Shown: positions 39,429 to 52,060 of the stretch, in pieces
Numbering within the stretch: position 1 is the stretch's first letter
How the letters are laid out: every line of letters begins with the position of its first letter
NCBI RefSeq assembly: GCF_963676685.1
Contig: NC_092352.1
Span: 6,820,001 to 6,884,000, forward strand
Direction: 5' to 3'
DNA from: Mytilus edulis
Taxonomy: Eukaryota
Length of the DNA: 64,000 nt
The notes under the pieces: generated by a model
Database searches by the model: none
Seen by the model: only the letters and a program-made list of their open reading frames with translations
Told to the model about the DNA's origin: nothing
Position numbers and translations under genes: made by a program

Positions 39429-40004
39429 AAGGACAAGGTATGATAAGGCCCGTTTTATGGCTGCCCCCTCCGCTATTTTCTCATTTTTTAAAGTCTGGTT
39501 CGGAAAGCTACTTATTATGTTAAAATATTCCCTGAAGTTTGTTTGGATGAACTTTAAAACCACTAATATTTGCAACTGGGTGAGGTGAGGTGGGTAAGCT
39601 TTCTGTTATTATTCAAATACTGTAATTATTTTTCTCTTTAAAGGTATTCAGTACAAATAATTTAAGTTTTTAAGTGCCTGCGCTAACGTGACCCAGGATT
39701 TTTTTTATTCCACAGTCATGAGAACTGTTTATGCTGTCTCAATCGCAATAATTGTCCTCGGGTCATACAGGCGCACGCTATTAAATTTTAAGAAACAATG
39801 GCAAAAAATCTCTACTTTTGACGTTTTTGAAGCTCTTTTACCCCCTCCACTCACCCATTTTCTGAAATTAATGGTTTTGAAGTTCATCCAAACAAACTTC
39901 AAACTAAGGGATTATTTTAACGTGATAAGTAGCTTTCCAAAACAACATTTTAAAGATGCAAAAAATAGGGGGCCAAAAAACAGGACTTATCGTACCTTGT
40001 CCTT
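39429..40004. mobile_element. Old MITE with ~165-bp imperfect TIRs
   Basis: AAGGACAAGGTATGATAAG.. / ..CTTATCGTACCTTGTCCTT and GAAGTTTGTTTGGATGAACTT / AAGTTCATCCAAACAAACTTC. Confidence 0.8.
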
Positions 40005-40062
40005 TATACTAGTTCCTTCCTACATATTAGATACAATTCTTTACCTTTGTTTTCTCAAGATC

Positions 40063-42414
40063 ATGGCATCCAGTAAACCTATACCATGTGGGCCTTGTCA
40101 TGAAGGGCAATTAAACACAAAAGCTGAATTCTGGTGTTACAACTGTGATGAAGGATTATGCTCAGTATGTTCTGGTCATCACAAAAGATCTAAATCATCA
40201 CGTGATCATAAAACCATTGATATTAAAAGGTATAAACCATCCATACAGGCTATTAATACAGTATGTGACAAACATGGTCAACAGTTCAACTTGTATTGCC
40301 CCAGTCATTTAATTCCATGCTGTGATGAATGTATTCCTACTAGTCATTCAAAATGTACAGAAATAACAAGTTTATCTAGTGTAGTAGAGCAAACCAAAAT
40401 GGAAAAATCAAAAGAATCTTTATATAAAGATATAAATTCCATCTTACGCATCTTAAATAGAATAATAACCAACATATCAGGAAATATCAAAAGTGGTGAA
40501 CAACAACGGGACAGCATCAAGAGCATGATTGAAGAATATCGAAAGAAAATAGATAAACATTTAGACAAACTACAGAAGAAGTTATGCCAAGAAACAGACA
40601 CCATGTTGAATAAAGAAACATCAAATGCATCAGATTTAATTAATGAAATTGAAGAAGAAAAAGAAAAATTAGATGGAATGAAGGAATATCTCCAAACCGT
40701 CACAACATATAGGTCAAAACTACAAGCATTTCTAGGAGTACATCAGATTGAACAACAAGTACACCAATGTCAGCGATATGTTGATGATCTGGATGAAGAT
40801 GACAGGTGGAAAGAATTTGACATCAAAATGGAGCAAAATGATGAAATAGAAAAGACCATCAACAAATTAAAATCGCTCGAATCCCTAGGAGAAGTGACAG
40901 TTGTTAAAACAGAAATCCCTATGAATCGTGAAATAGGTATGAAAAGGGAAGCACAAGTAGAAACTCGAGAAAAAACAAATTTACACAACATGAACATCAA
41001 AATTGGCACAAATATAAATATCAACATTGGGAATTGGATAGTAGACACGATTTGTCTGATGGATGGTAGAATCTTAACAGCTAAACAGTATGGCACAGTT
41101 AGCAGTCAGAGCTCAGACATAAACAAGTCGATTTTTGTTTTTGACTTAAATAAGTCGAAACATGTATTTATTATAAAAATGTAGTTTCAATTTTAGACTT
41201 ATCTAAGTCAGAAAATGACAGACTTGTTTAGGTCTATTTATGTTGGTGAAAAAACTTAATGTTACTTTGTGGCCAAACTACACCACCTATGACAGCAAAA
41301 ACCTGTATGAGAGTTCACAAGGACTTGAGCTATCTATATCTAATAATTTAATTGAACATCCTTACTAAACACAGATGTTTTTCCTCATTAAGTGTGATTC
41401 CAGGTGGTTGCATTGTAAGGTTAATTAACATTATCTCCGATTTTTTAGACTCTCATTCATATTTTTCTTTAGAAGACAAAGCATTGGCTTTCAATGTTGT
41501 CATTATTTGATTTAGATGCATGACCTCCTTATAAGTATGCGTGGGTCTTGAAGTTAACCAATTTCGATCACTCATCGACTTGTAGGAGTCGATATTTGCA
41601 ACTTTTTGATTCTGGTCAATTATTTCTTGTTTAACAATATTGGACTTATTCAAGTCGTAATTTGTCTGACATTAAAGGGAGACAAATCCTAAAACTTACA
41701 AGTTTAGACCTCTATGAGTTAAAAGCAGATTCAGACTTATTTATGTCTGAGCTCTGACTGGTTAGTCTACTCTCTTTTGATGGCACGCTTAAGAAACATT
41801 TTGCAATATCTGGTAAAGCCTGGAATGTCACAGAGATCAACCGGGAAACTATTGCCATAACTTATCCTAAGGAGATGGCCATTAAGATCTTTAATATGGA
41901 GAACGAAACAGTTACCAAGGTTATCAAATTAGACAAAACATGCAAGGGTTTGTCATTCTCCAATAATTCGTTAGCTGTAGGTTTGGATACAGCAGAAGTC
42001 CGTATCATAGACGTTGAAGGAAATACACTAAAGTCAATACAAGTTAAGAGTAAATCACCACTGGATCACCTTATTTATTGTAATGGCAGAGTAATTTATA
42101 GTGACTGGAGAGGTAAAGCAGTATGCTGTGTTGCTGGATCAGGTGAACACATCTGGCAATATACACACGATTTATCAGAACCAAGAGGACATTGTATAGA
42201 TACGTATGGTAACATTATAGTAGCAGACAGAGCAACAAATAGAATGATAGCAATATCAAAAGATGGACAGAGTAGTAAAGTATTGATTAGTGGAAAAAAG
42301 GGTGGACTGGAATTTCCGGAGTGTATTTGTTTTAGTAAGGATAGTGAGTCATCAGGTTTTATTGGTGGTTACTTAGGCAGATACTTAATAGAATTCAGTT
42401 TGTCTTATGAATAA
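40063..42414 (+). pseudogene. RING-less TRIM/NHL-like gene (B-box1, B-box2, coiled coil, beta-propeller) interrupted by a MITE; 562 aa if restored
   Basis: MASSKPIPCGPC..WCYNCDEGLCSVCSGHH..DH and CDKH..YCPSH..CCDEC..HSKC. Splice acceptor TTTGTTTTCTCAAG just before the ATG. Joining 40063-41102 to 41766-42414 gives a 1689-nt open frame. Confidence 0.92.
41103..41760. mobile_element. 658-bp MITE, CAG-starting TIRs, 5-bp TSD GTTAG
   Basis: TIR CAGTCAGAGCTCAGACATAAA perfect for 21 bp; GTTAG at 41098-41102 and 41761-41765; repeated GACTT-N4-AAGTC subterminal palindromes. Confidence 0.93.
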
Positions 42415-44232
42415 GATACACTGAAGAATATTTTGTATCAAATATTTTAATATGACGTCATGGACGTGCTTTTTTCGCTTTGTAAACAACACCGTATGAA
42501 AATTCTCGATATATCTATACTTAGCGCAGACTCAGATATACATAATAATGGATGTTACAATATACCTCCCGCGTAAATCCACGTTGAACCTGTTTGCAAA
42601 CGCTTTGCCGATTTTATTGTATTCGAAATTGTAATAAAACAAGAGCAAAAGAACTATTATTCTTATTTGGATGCATAATAAAAAGAATAAATATACTGGA
42701 ACTAGTTGTGTTTATTTTTTAAATATATTAACACAGCTTTAGTTTGTTCAATGTCAATTTCATCATGGAATACTTTCTTCACAAGCAGGGGTTCATTAAG
42801 AGATGAAAATATTAAGCTTGATATTTGTTACGATTTTAAAAGCATTCAATATACTTATTTAAGTTGCAGAATAAAAACAATATTAAGTCAATGTCACAAA
42901 AATAAAAACTTGTTTTGTAACCATCGAAGTTCGTATAATATTGTATTAAAATTAAATTCTGAGGTAGGATTCAACATGGCAGCTCCTTCGTTGCGAAATG
43001 TCAATTTTGGATTTGACGGTAGCTTACGAGAAAACATGTAAATTAAAAATCGCAAATATTGGGTTATTTGGGTGAAATGTTTAGTGTATAAGTTTTAATT
43101 AAGGCGAAGTGTACGTAATTAAACTACACAATGGATTTTTTTTAAATTTCACATATGAATTCTGCTTGTAAAATTACACCAGAAAATAAAATAAAAAAAC
43201 GGGTAACCGTTTTCGTTTTTGAGATACGAGCCGTTGAAATTAACAGCATGACACTCCAAAAATACAAAGGATACATAGGGAAAATCATCAAAATTAGCAG
43301 ATATTTTTACATTATCAAGATTTTCTATTTTTTTGGTCAACAGATTTTTTTTTAAATTGATATACGATTCAAAAATGAAAGACGAATCCATCGGTGCAAA
43401 GAAAGTCCTTAGCAACCGTGCTAGTTTTTACGCTACTCCTTGTTAAAGTTTGTTTTTTTGGCCGGCACATTAAAATTATACGGCGACGTCATTGTCTACA
43501 GTAACGTCGTCAAAACATCTACGTCGTAACTCTATTATACCGTACAATGTCGTAGCAATGTTGTGCGTGTGTATAATTTATCTTCCTATGTTTTACAAAT
43601 GATCTAGCGTAATACATTGATAAGGAAATAAACTAACTAATTTTAAAGAATATTTCTGTCGCAAAAGGAAATACAAGTTTGTAAATAAATTTACCGCAAA
43701 TAAAAGAAATTTACCGTAGACTTTAATTTTATCTTTTCTATATTAGAATGATTTCCAAACCTTTTTTAATGCTTGCATAGATTGTTTAATTCTTTTATGA
43801 ATCAAATATCGAGTTTGAATTTGTCCCGATTAACACAGTGTTGTCAGAATGAATTTATCGGTTTTAATATTAGGATCGGGTATACACCTCGTTTTCAATC
43901 TTACTTCTGCATGTTTGTATTTAAAAAAGTAGAACTATTTTCTGCATATTTTCATGTTCGTCAATTTTGCATGTTGTTAATATGAGGATTTGCACACAAT
44001 ATAGTCTACATTATAAACTTATTTTATAAGTCTTGTTTACACACATGCTCATGACGCATCTCTGCCAAAACATATTTTATTTTACAAAATTTCCCGTCTC
44101 GATTACTTTCCCTTTTCTTTAACTAAATGACAAAGAATGATGTAATTTTTACTGAATGAAGTTTCAGTAACATAAGAAAATATTTGTTTGTTCCATGCAT
44201 TATTTGTTAAAAATCCACATACAAGGATTTAA

Positions 44233-44620
44233 ATTGATTGATTGATTGGTGGGTGCTTAACGTCCAGTGGCAAATATTTCATGCATGTTCAGGACGAGAA
44301 CAAGTTAACAATAAATAGAATAGGAAGTTTTGTTCATAACAGAGGCCATCTGGGATGATGGTCAGGGACATTTGGTGTGCCACTGGAAAATGAGGGTATA
44401 TTGGATAGGGACAGAAATTTTGCTATGCAACCCTCAAATTATAGTTGTTGCAATGGTTCTCTACACGAGGCGTCGGATTTAACGTCCCCATTCTTTCCGG
44501 ACGTGACTGCGATCTTAATACATCCCGCACAGCCAAACGGACGCCCCACTTCGGCAAGTGTTTTACTGCCGGTGGGGAGAAGTCCAAGTGACCATATTTC
44601 GTTTCCGCAATGAGGTTAAA
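44233..44620 (-). mobile_element. SINE-like remnants with (CAAT)n tail
   Basis: Minus strand GAAATATTTGCCACTGGACGTTAAG..CAATCAATCAAT, with a similar tail at ~8765-8812; GC-rich core GGGGACGTTAAATCCGACGCCTCGTGTAGAG. Confidence 0.5.
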
Positions 44621-45259
44621 AAGAAGGACTCGCTTATGTATACGTTTTAACAAAATAGAAAAGATCAGAGTATTTGGTATAACCTCCCGTCGCAGATATT
44701 TCATACATGTATGCAATAAGGACCGGAACATACCCAGTGTTATGCAATAAAATTTGTATAGGGAAATGCTTTAAATAGCAATGTATTTAGTGTAATGCCT
44801 TAAATTAACTGGTGTAGTGGCGTACGAATATAGCCTCTGCATAATGCAAATGCATAGCTTTCCTGTTTATATAATATAAAACAATAAGGAGATGTGGTAT
44901 GGCATCCAATGAGACAACTACCCGCCACTGGTTAAATGAAGTCGATGTAAGTAATAACTTTAAACAACCATACTGGTTTCCACAATTAAAGGGACAAAAG
45001 CATAATGTGTAGGCCATAAAATACTCCGACATGAAAAATGCGAAAAATGCGAAAAAAAAGATACGACAGTCCAGGGTTTGCGTTTCTTTTCATGATATCC
45101 TTTATAGTGTGTTGCTTCGTGCATTGAAGCTATATTGCAACAGGGGTAAGGTTGAATCAATCCTTTGGAAACTTTTTCAAATTCTGGTTCGGAAAGCTGA
45201 CATCCTTGCATAAACAGCGACAGAGGAAGCAAGAGAACTACCACCGGAAAATAACGTCA

Positions 45260-46620
45260 TAATACTGCAGGGACACTCCAGAAGAAAATGGTGAGGCATT
45301 TCAGGTGCTTTATAGTTGCATGACTCTATGGCGTTGGTTTGGCCTACTCGGTTATTGTAGTAGTTGAGTTCTGTATAGCCAGTTCTTAGTTGGGTGAATA
45401 TACTGAAATGTCTTTTTTTGGGGAAATTATACATAATTGAGTGTTTCGTAGTTGGTATTTTTTCATAAAGGTCCCTGCCTCTCTCAGATATTTCCCATCT
45501 TCTCTGCCATTTATTTCCTGTACTTTTATATGCTGCTTGTTTGACGTCCTGCAGTGTTGACGTTATTTTCCGGTGGTAGTTCTTTTGCTTCCTCTGTCGC
45601 TGTTTATGCAAGGATGTCAGCCTCGTCTTTGTCAGCTATGTTGGCATGTCCTGCTGGCCATGATATTATTACATTTAGTTCCTTTTGCCTAAGATGTTCA
45701 ATGTTTTCTTTTATTTCTCTTATTACGGAGATGTAGCTGTTTGGGGCCCAGTTCAGTGTAAGTAATTCCACGGCGCTTTGACTGTTACAGAAAATTTTGA
45801 TTTTTTTGTATTGCATTGTTCATATTTTTCTGTAATGCAGTATTCCAGGACCATGAGAATTGCTATGAGTTCCGCCAGAAGGATGGATCCTCTTTGTGCC
45901 ACAGGTTTAAGTAGTCTTGCAGCAGGTTTAATGTGTTCAGCATAGATAATTTCTCCTGCTCCTCAGGGTCCTGGGTTCCCTAAGCACGATCCATCTGTAA
46001 ACAATATTGCTTGTTCTTGTGTGCAATCTCCCACGACTTGGTTTATGGTTTCCTGGCAAAGTTCTTGTTGCTCATTTGTCCTTGATTTTGAGTTTCCTAG
46101 TCGACTCCAATATAAAGGTTTTGATTGAGTCATTTGAGTTTCTCCCAGGTTTGTAGGTAAACTCTGGTTCTATGAGATAGATGTTAATCTTCGTCTGTTT
46201 TTCCCTTTCTGCTGCTTGGCTTAATGCATTGGTGTTGGATACTTGTCATATGTGTCATGTTCTTCATACCTCACAAGTTGCTGTTTGGTGTGTTCCTGTA
46301 CGTGCAGATTTGGATTTAATCTTTGCTATCTCTTTTATGACTTTTTGTTCTAGCCTCAGGTCTATTGGCATAACTCCTGATTCTATCTCTAGTGCTTCTC
46401 TGCCAGATGTTGTAGGCATATCCATGCATAGGATCAGGGTTTTCTCTGTACTCTGTCAAGTTTTTTTTCGGTCTTTTGGTTCTGCTATTTGCCATGCTGG
46501 ACTACAATATTCCATGACTGATCCAACTAGACTGTAGTATAGTTGTAATAGCTTTTCTGTCCTTAATTTACTAATCTGTCTCACTTCTCTCAGAATAGTT
46601 AAATTCCGGTTTGCTTCTCT
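45260..46620 (-). mobile_element. Decayed non-LTR retrotransposon 3' part with RNase H and CCHC (I/Nimb/Ingi group)
   Basis: YYSLVGSVMEYCSPAWQ (RT C-terminus); FTDGSCLGNPG, AELIAI, WPAGHANI..DEADILA (RNase H); QLRTGY..HHFLLECP. Confidence 0.85.
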
Positions 46621-47006
46621 TAAGTTTGGTTACATGTGACCTAATGGTTTCAGTAGTTCAAAGGTACAGATTCAGAAAAGATTATTTTGACGACGAAATC
46701 GTAGGGGTCCTACGACAAAGACGGACGTCAAGTGATAAGAAAAGTCCAAATGGCCTTTTAGGCCAGGTGAATTGAAATTAAAACGATGATGTATTATTGT
46801 TGATGAGACAATAAGTAAAAGTTCCATCCAAGACCAAATGATTTTCAAATTACCAACTATAGGTCAATGTAATACTTGAACAATGAACAAAACCCATACT
46901 GCATATCAATCTAGCTATAAGAGGATCTGAAATGAAAAATGTAAAAAGATTCATTCTACGGCCTGATTTTCAAAACAATTAAAAAATAACAAATTCAGCA
47001 ACAAAT

Positions 47007-47069
47007 TCCTTACATTGGACAGACACAAACAGAAAATGGCGGGTTAAAACTTGTTAACTAAACCCTCCC
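47007..47069 (-). ncRNA. Degenerate twister-P5-like fold inside a decayed interspersed element (~46790-47110)
   Basis: Minus strand GGGAGGG..UUAACCCGCC..GUCUGUCCAAUGUAAGGA; keeps G-A-GGG and the UAA site, P4 is damaged. Confidence 0.5.
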
Positions 47070-48087
47070 AGTTGACTTTGGCAGTTGTACGGTGTATCAG
47101 TGCAACATAAAAACATGTGCCTTGTGTACGATTGAAACCATTAGGAAAAAATAATTGCGGCATATAGGAACTGTTAAACCACGAGGTTATCGGTTCATAT
47201 CAAGGTCAAACACATAAAGAATGTGACAGGGGCTTCATGATCATGAACAGAGGTGTTCTCCATACACTAAACCACTCCAACAGATCAATGAGAAGAATGG
47301 ACGTCTGAAATCGACACTAAATAAATATTACGGTCACCATCACACCTGATTTGGTTGGCTGATACGATGTCGGTGTCTTCACATACTAGTCACATATTTT
47401 ACCTGTCTAAGATCTGAAGGTTCCAGCAGTCGTCTGATCTGTTATTTCACCAATTGTGTTTTGTTCCGGAATTTGCAATTTTGAGAGAAATCGCAAAACA
47501 GATGATGCTTGTACAGCTGTCAACACATTCGGTTTGTTAGATTCCCTGTTTATTTTTGTTATCTTGATTTGTCTCTTCTCAATCAATTAACGTGAATTAT
47601 CATCGGTGAACTACTTAATATGGTTTCATTATTATTCGTGGAACCAATTTGTTCGTGTATTTCGTATACGTATGTATGCGAATCAAATACTAGTATCCAC
47701 GTAAACGCAAGCTTTTCTCAATCCGAGAAAATTGGCAATTAAAATCAATCAGCAAATATCAAATATTTACAGTGTAAAGACAGTAGTCATAAACAGTCTG
47801 CGAAACAGCATGACCATACATGATGCCAAAATATGTATAAAAAAAGTATCAATAGGACACAGGACAAGTTGTTGTCATGGCTGTATAGCAATACATATTA
47901 TCTCAGAAATACTAAAAGCTAAGGCAAATCTTATATAAATTTACGGAAGATTATCGAAGGAAATTCAATTTAGAATGCTTCGAAATCTAGCTTAAAATAA
48001 GGCACTATTGTGATAATGGGTCCTGATATCTAATGAACCATTGAAATAACATTCCTTTTCATTCAATTAAAATGCATGATATTTAGA

Positions 48088-48968
48088 AACTGGAGGCTCT
48101 CAAGAGCCTGTATCGCTCACCTGACTCTAATTGGATTTTTGAAATCATATCAAAAAGATAAGGTTTTGCTACAAAGTACCAACACTTGGTAAGCATCTAA
48201 TAAGGAACGTTCATTCTATGTTTGGTCTCATTCCATTCTGTGGTTCTCTAAAAAAAAGTCATTTGTATGCATTTCCCATAGGGTCCTTTGTTAAACTAAG
48301 TCCCCATCTGGCGGTCATCTTGGTTGATGGATCGGCTACAAAGTAACAACACTTGGTCAGCACCTCATCAGGAACATTCATGCCATGGTTGGTTTCATTC
48401 CATTCTGTGGTTCTCTAAAAAAGTCATTTAAATGCATTTCCCGTAGGGTCCTATGTTAAACTTAGTCCCCAGCTGGCGGTGATCTTGGACTTTGGATCGG
48501 CAACAAAGTAACAACACTTGGTTAGCATTTCATTATGACTTTCATGCTATGTTTGGTTTCATTCCATTCAGTGGTTCTCTAAAAGAGGACATTTGTATGT
48601 ATTTTCCATAGGGTCCTATGTTAAAACCAGACCCCCGCTGGTGGCCATCTTCGATGGTGGATCGGCGACAAAGTAACAACACTTGGTCAGCATCCCATAA
48701 GGATCATTCATGCTATTTTTGACTTCATTCCATTCAGTGGTTCTCTAAAAGAAGTCATGTGTATGCATGTTCCATAGGGTTCTATGTTAAACTAAGTCCC
48801 CCGCTGGCGGTCATCTTGGTTGATGGATCGGCTACAAAGTAGCAGCACTTGGTCAACACCTCATTAGGAACATTCATGCCACGTTTGGTTTCATTCAATT
48901 TAGTGGTTCTCTAAAAGAAGTCATTTGTATGCATTTCTCATAGTCCTTCGGGCCAAATGAGCTAAAAA
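48088..48968. repeat. HINE-like element with ~5 tandem ~163-bp satellite units
   Basis: CCATAGGGTCCTATGTTAAAC..GGCGGTCATCTTGG..AACACTTGGTCAGC..GGTTCTCTAAAA repeated; short palindromes at both ends. Confidence 0.85.
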
Positions 48969-49077
48969 TGAAAAGATGCATAAAATTCTGAAGTAAAATT
49001 GTCTTTGATTTTTATTAAAAAAAATATTTCTATAAAATCAGAACACATCTGTGGTGGTGTCTAACGTTACACTGGAG

Positions 49078-49140
49078 TCATCTTGGAACCATATTCAGGT
49101 TAATTAAATGTCTCATTGTTGGTCTTCCATGTGGACAATT
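49078..49140 (-). CDS. PMS2: Terminal coding exon of mismatch-repair endonuclease PMS2 (NCPHGRPTMRHLINLNMVPR*)
   Basis: CPHGRPTMRH is the PMS2/MutL endonuclease C-terminal motif (MLH3 has CAHGRPS). Acceptor TTTTATTTACAG directly upstream, stop codon, AATAAA at 49011-49016. Upstream exons not found in the window. Confidence 0.85.
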   Translation of the reverse strand, partial: NCPHGRPTMRHLINLNMVPR

Positions 49141-49262
49141 CTGTAAATAAAATATTTTTTAACAGCCTTGAATTTTGAAGTTACAATTTAGTTTAAATGC
49201 ATATCAGTATCCAGTATTTATCTTAATATCTTCTATAAATCACCTAAAATTCGTTACATTTC

Positions 49263-50357
49263 TAACAAGAGTGCACACGCTGAAATGTCTCGCCTTCTTT
49301 ACTAATCATTGATATTATGTTGATAGTCCTAAATAGAAAGCTTTATTACAACTGTCTCTTAAACTTAACATTAACCAAGAAAACTTAACATTGACCAATG
49401 AATCATGAAAATGAGGTCAAAGTCAGATTAACTATGCCAGGCAGGCATTTACAGCTAACAATTCTTCCATACAACAAATATAGTTGTCCTATTTCTTATA
49501 GTTTTAGAAAAACAGACCAAAACACAAAACTCAACACTGAGCAATGAACCGTGAAAATGAGGTCAAGGTCGAATAAAACCTGCTCTGCTGACATATAGAT
49601 CATAAAATATTTCCTTACACCTAATATAGTTGACCTATTACATATAGTATTAGAAATTAAGACAGAAACTTCAAAACTTTGACCACTGAACCATGAAAAT
49701 GAGGTCAAGGTCGAATGACACCTGCCAGTTAGAAATGTACTCCTTACAATCATTTCATACACCAAAAATAGTAGACCTATTGTATATAGTATAAGAAAAA
49801 CAGACCAAAACACAAAAACTTAACTATTACCACTGAAAATGAGGTCAAGGTCAGATGACACCTTTCAGTTGGACGTGTACACCTAACAGTCTTCCCATAC
49901 ACCGAATATACTAGACCTATTGCTTATAGTATCTGAGATATGGACCTGACCATCAAAAGTTAACCTTATTCACTGATCCATGCAATGAGGTCGAGGTCAA
50001 TTGAAAACTGTATGACGGGCATGAGGTGCTTGCAAGGTATACATATAGTCACATACCATATATAGTTATCCTATTACTTATAATAAGAGAGAAGTTAACA
50101 TTACAAAAAAATTTAACTTTTTTTTTAAGTAGTCACTAGACCATGAAAATGAGGTCAAGGACATTTGACATGTGACGGACGGAAACTTCCTAACATGAGA
50201 CATTCATTTACAAAGTATGAAGCATCCAGGTCTTCCATGTTTGAAAATATAAAGCTTTTAAGAAGTTAACTAATGCCGCGGCGGCTGTAGCCACCGCCTT
50301 CAGATCACTATCCCTATGTCAAGCGTTCTAGGACAAAAAGCAAAGGCTCGACAAAAA
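49263..50357. repeat. HINE-like element with ~7 tandem ~130-170-bp units
   Basis: CCATGAAAATGAGGTCAAGGTC recurs at ~49403, 49550, 49691, 49834, 49977 and 50141; AACAAGAGTG start, GCC-rich stretch and hairpin end. Confidence 0.8.
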
Positions 50358-51129
50358 TGAAAAACACATGTTTACAGTTACTAAAACTTCAATGTGAATC
50401 CAGACTTTTGCTTATCCTTAACACTAGAAGTTGCACTAGAGCAATCTTAACCATACTCTACTGTACTGATTTGTATTTGACCCTAAACTTTGTCATTGAA
50501 ATAAAAGTTTGAACAAGTCCTCGACCAGTCTGAAACGGTCTTAAACTATTCGTGACAAATAATCGACCAGACCTTGACTAATTTTTGTCAGTCTGAACAA
50601 TACTCAACCAATTTCTACCATCTTTAATCTAATAATTGCTCCATTTGTGTTTTTTTTAAATTTAACTGTTAATATAAGTAAACTATTTTTTTAACTGACG
50701 GGTCAACAGTCAAAAAATTTTAAGTTTTATTCAAAGGATTTTACATTCTTACAAATCTATCGTGCAATAATGTGCAATAAATATTTCTTTTAAAAAATTT
50801 GGAAATTTTTTTTTAAAATCCCCCCTAACTTTCTGAACCCGTCTTGGAGTAATTACCCCCCCCCCCCACACACACACACACACTTGGTTCCAGCCTTTCC
50901 TTTGTAGTATGGAACCTCGTACAATTTCAGAGAGATCCATACACTAAAACACAAGTTATTGTAAGGAAACTAGAAAAATGCTTGTTTTTGGCCCTTTTTT
51001 GGCCCCTACTTCCTGCTAGACTGGAAAAATAATCCCCAAACTCAAACCCAGCCTTCCATTTGTGATATAGAACTATATGGTACAATGCCAGAGAGATCCA
51101 TAATCTTTTTGAAATGACAAACAGGAACG

Positions 51130-52060
51130 AATACGGTTTAGGAGTTGGTTTCTCAATCTTTTACAAGTTCTCAAAACACACATAAGAGGATGTGAGTGAC
51201 CCTAGGGACTATCCCTATTTTTCATTTGATTTTTTATATTGTCCCATACATGAATATATATGGTTTAGGGGTGGGGGACCCCAGTGACTTCCCCTATATT
51301 TCATTTGATTTGGTATATTGTCCAATATATGAATATATATGGTTGAGGGGTGGGGATCTCATATGTTTCCAAGTTATCAAACATGATTGGGTAGGGTGAC
51401 CCTTAGGACTCTCCCTATATTTCATTTGATTTGTTCTTTTGTCCCATTCATGAAAATATATGGTTTAATTTAAGGTTAGGATCTCGACTGTTTCGAAGTT
51501 GCCAAACAACAGGAGGGGTTGGGTGACCGCAGGGACTTCCCCTATATTTCATTTGATTTGTTATTTAGTCCCATACATGAGTATATATGGTAACGTGGTG
51601 AGGATCTCGACTGTTTTCAAGTTCTCAAACATGAGGGTGCAGTGACCCTAGGGACGCCCGCTATAATTCATTTGATTTGTTATATTTTTAAATACATGAA
51701 TATATATGATTTATGGAGGGGGTCTCAACCGTTTCCATGAGATCAAACAGGAAGGGGTAGCGTGGCCCCACGAACTCCACCTATATTTCGTATGATTTGT
51801 TATATTGTCCCATACATGAATACATATGGTTTAGGGGTGGGGATCTCGACCGTTTCCAAGTTCTCAAACAGGAGGGGTGGGATGACCCACAGGGACTCCC
51901 CCTATATTTCATTTGATTTATTATATTGTCCAATACATGAATATATATGGTTTAGGAGTGGGGATCTCGACTGTTTCAAAGTTCCCAAACAGGAGTGGTG
52001 GATCTCATCCGTTTCAAAGTTATCAAACAGGAGGGGGTAGAGTGCCCCAAAGGACTTCAC
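51130..52060. repeat. Tandem ~120-bp satellite, about 7-8 units
   Basis: GTGACCC.AGGGAC..CCCTATATTTCATTTGATTTG..CATGAATATATATGGTTTAGGGGTGGGGATCTC repeated. Confidence 0.9.

Noticed and set aside
39688-40062. 125-aa N-terminal extension of the 498-aa ORF
   Set aside because: Starts at GTG and runs through a MITE arm (the LKFIQTNF peptide is mirrored in ORF 39384-39575). The credible start is ATG 40063 after a splice acceptor.
44500-44620. HDV-like ribozyme in a GC-rich repeat (also considered at 11138-11212)
   Set aside because: Could not build the P1/P1.1/P3 nested pseudoknot or the catalytic J4/2 strand.
50370-50470. Penultimate PMS2 exon
   Set aside because: No frame gives the expected IGTAL..HMGE..PW sequence.
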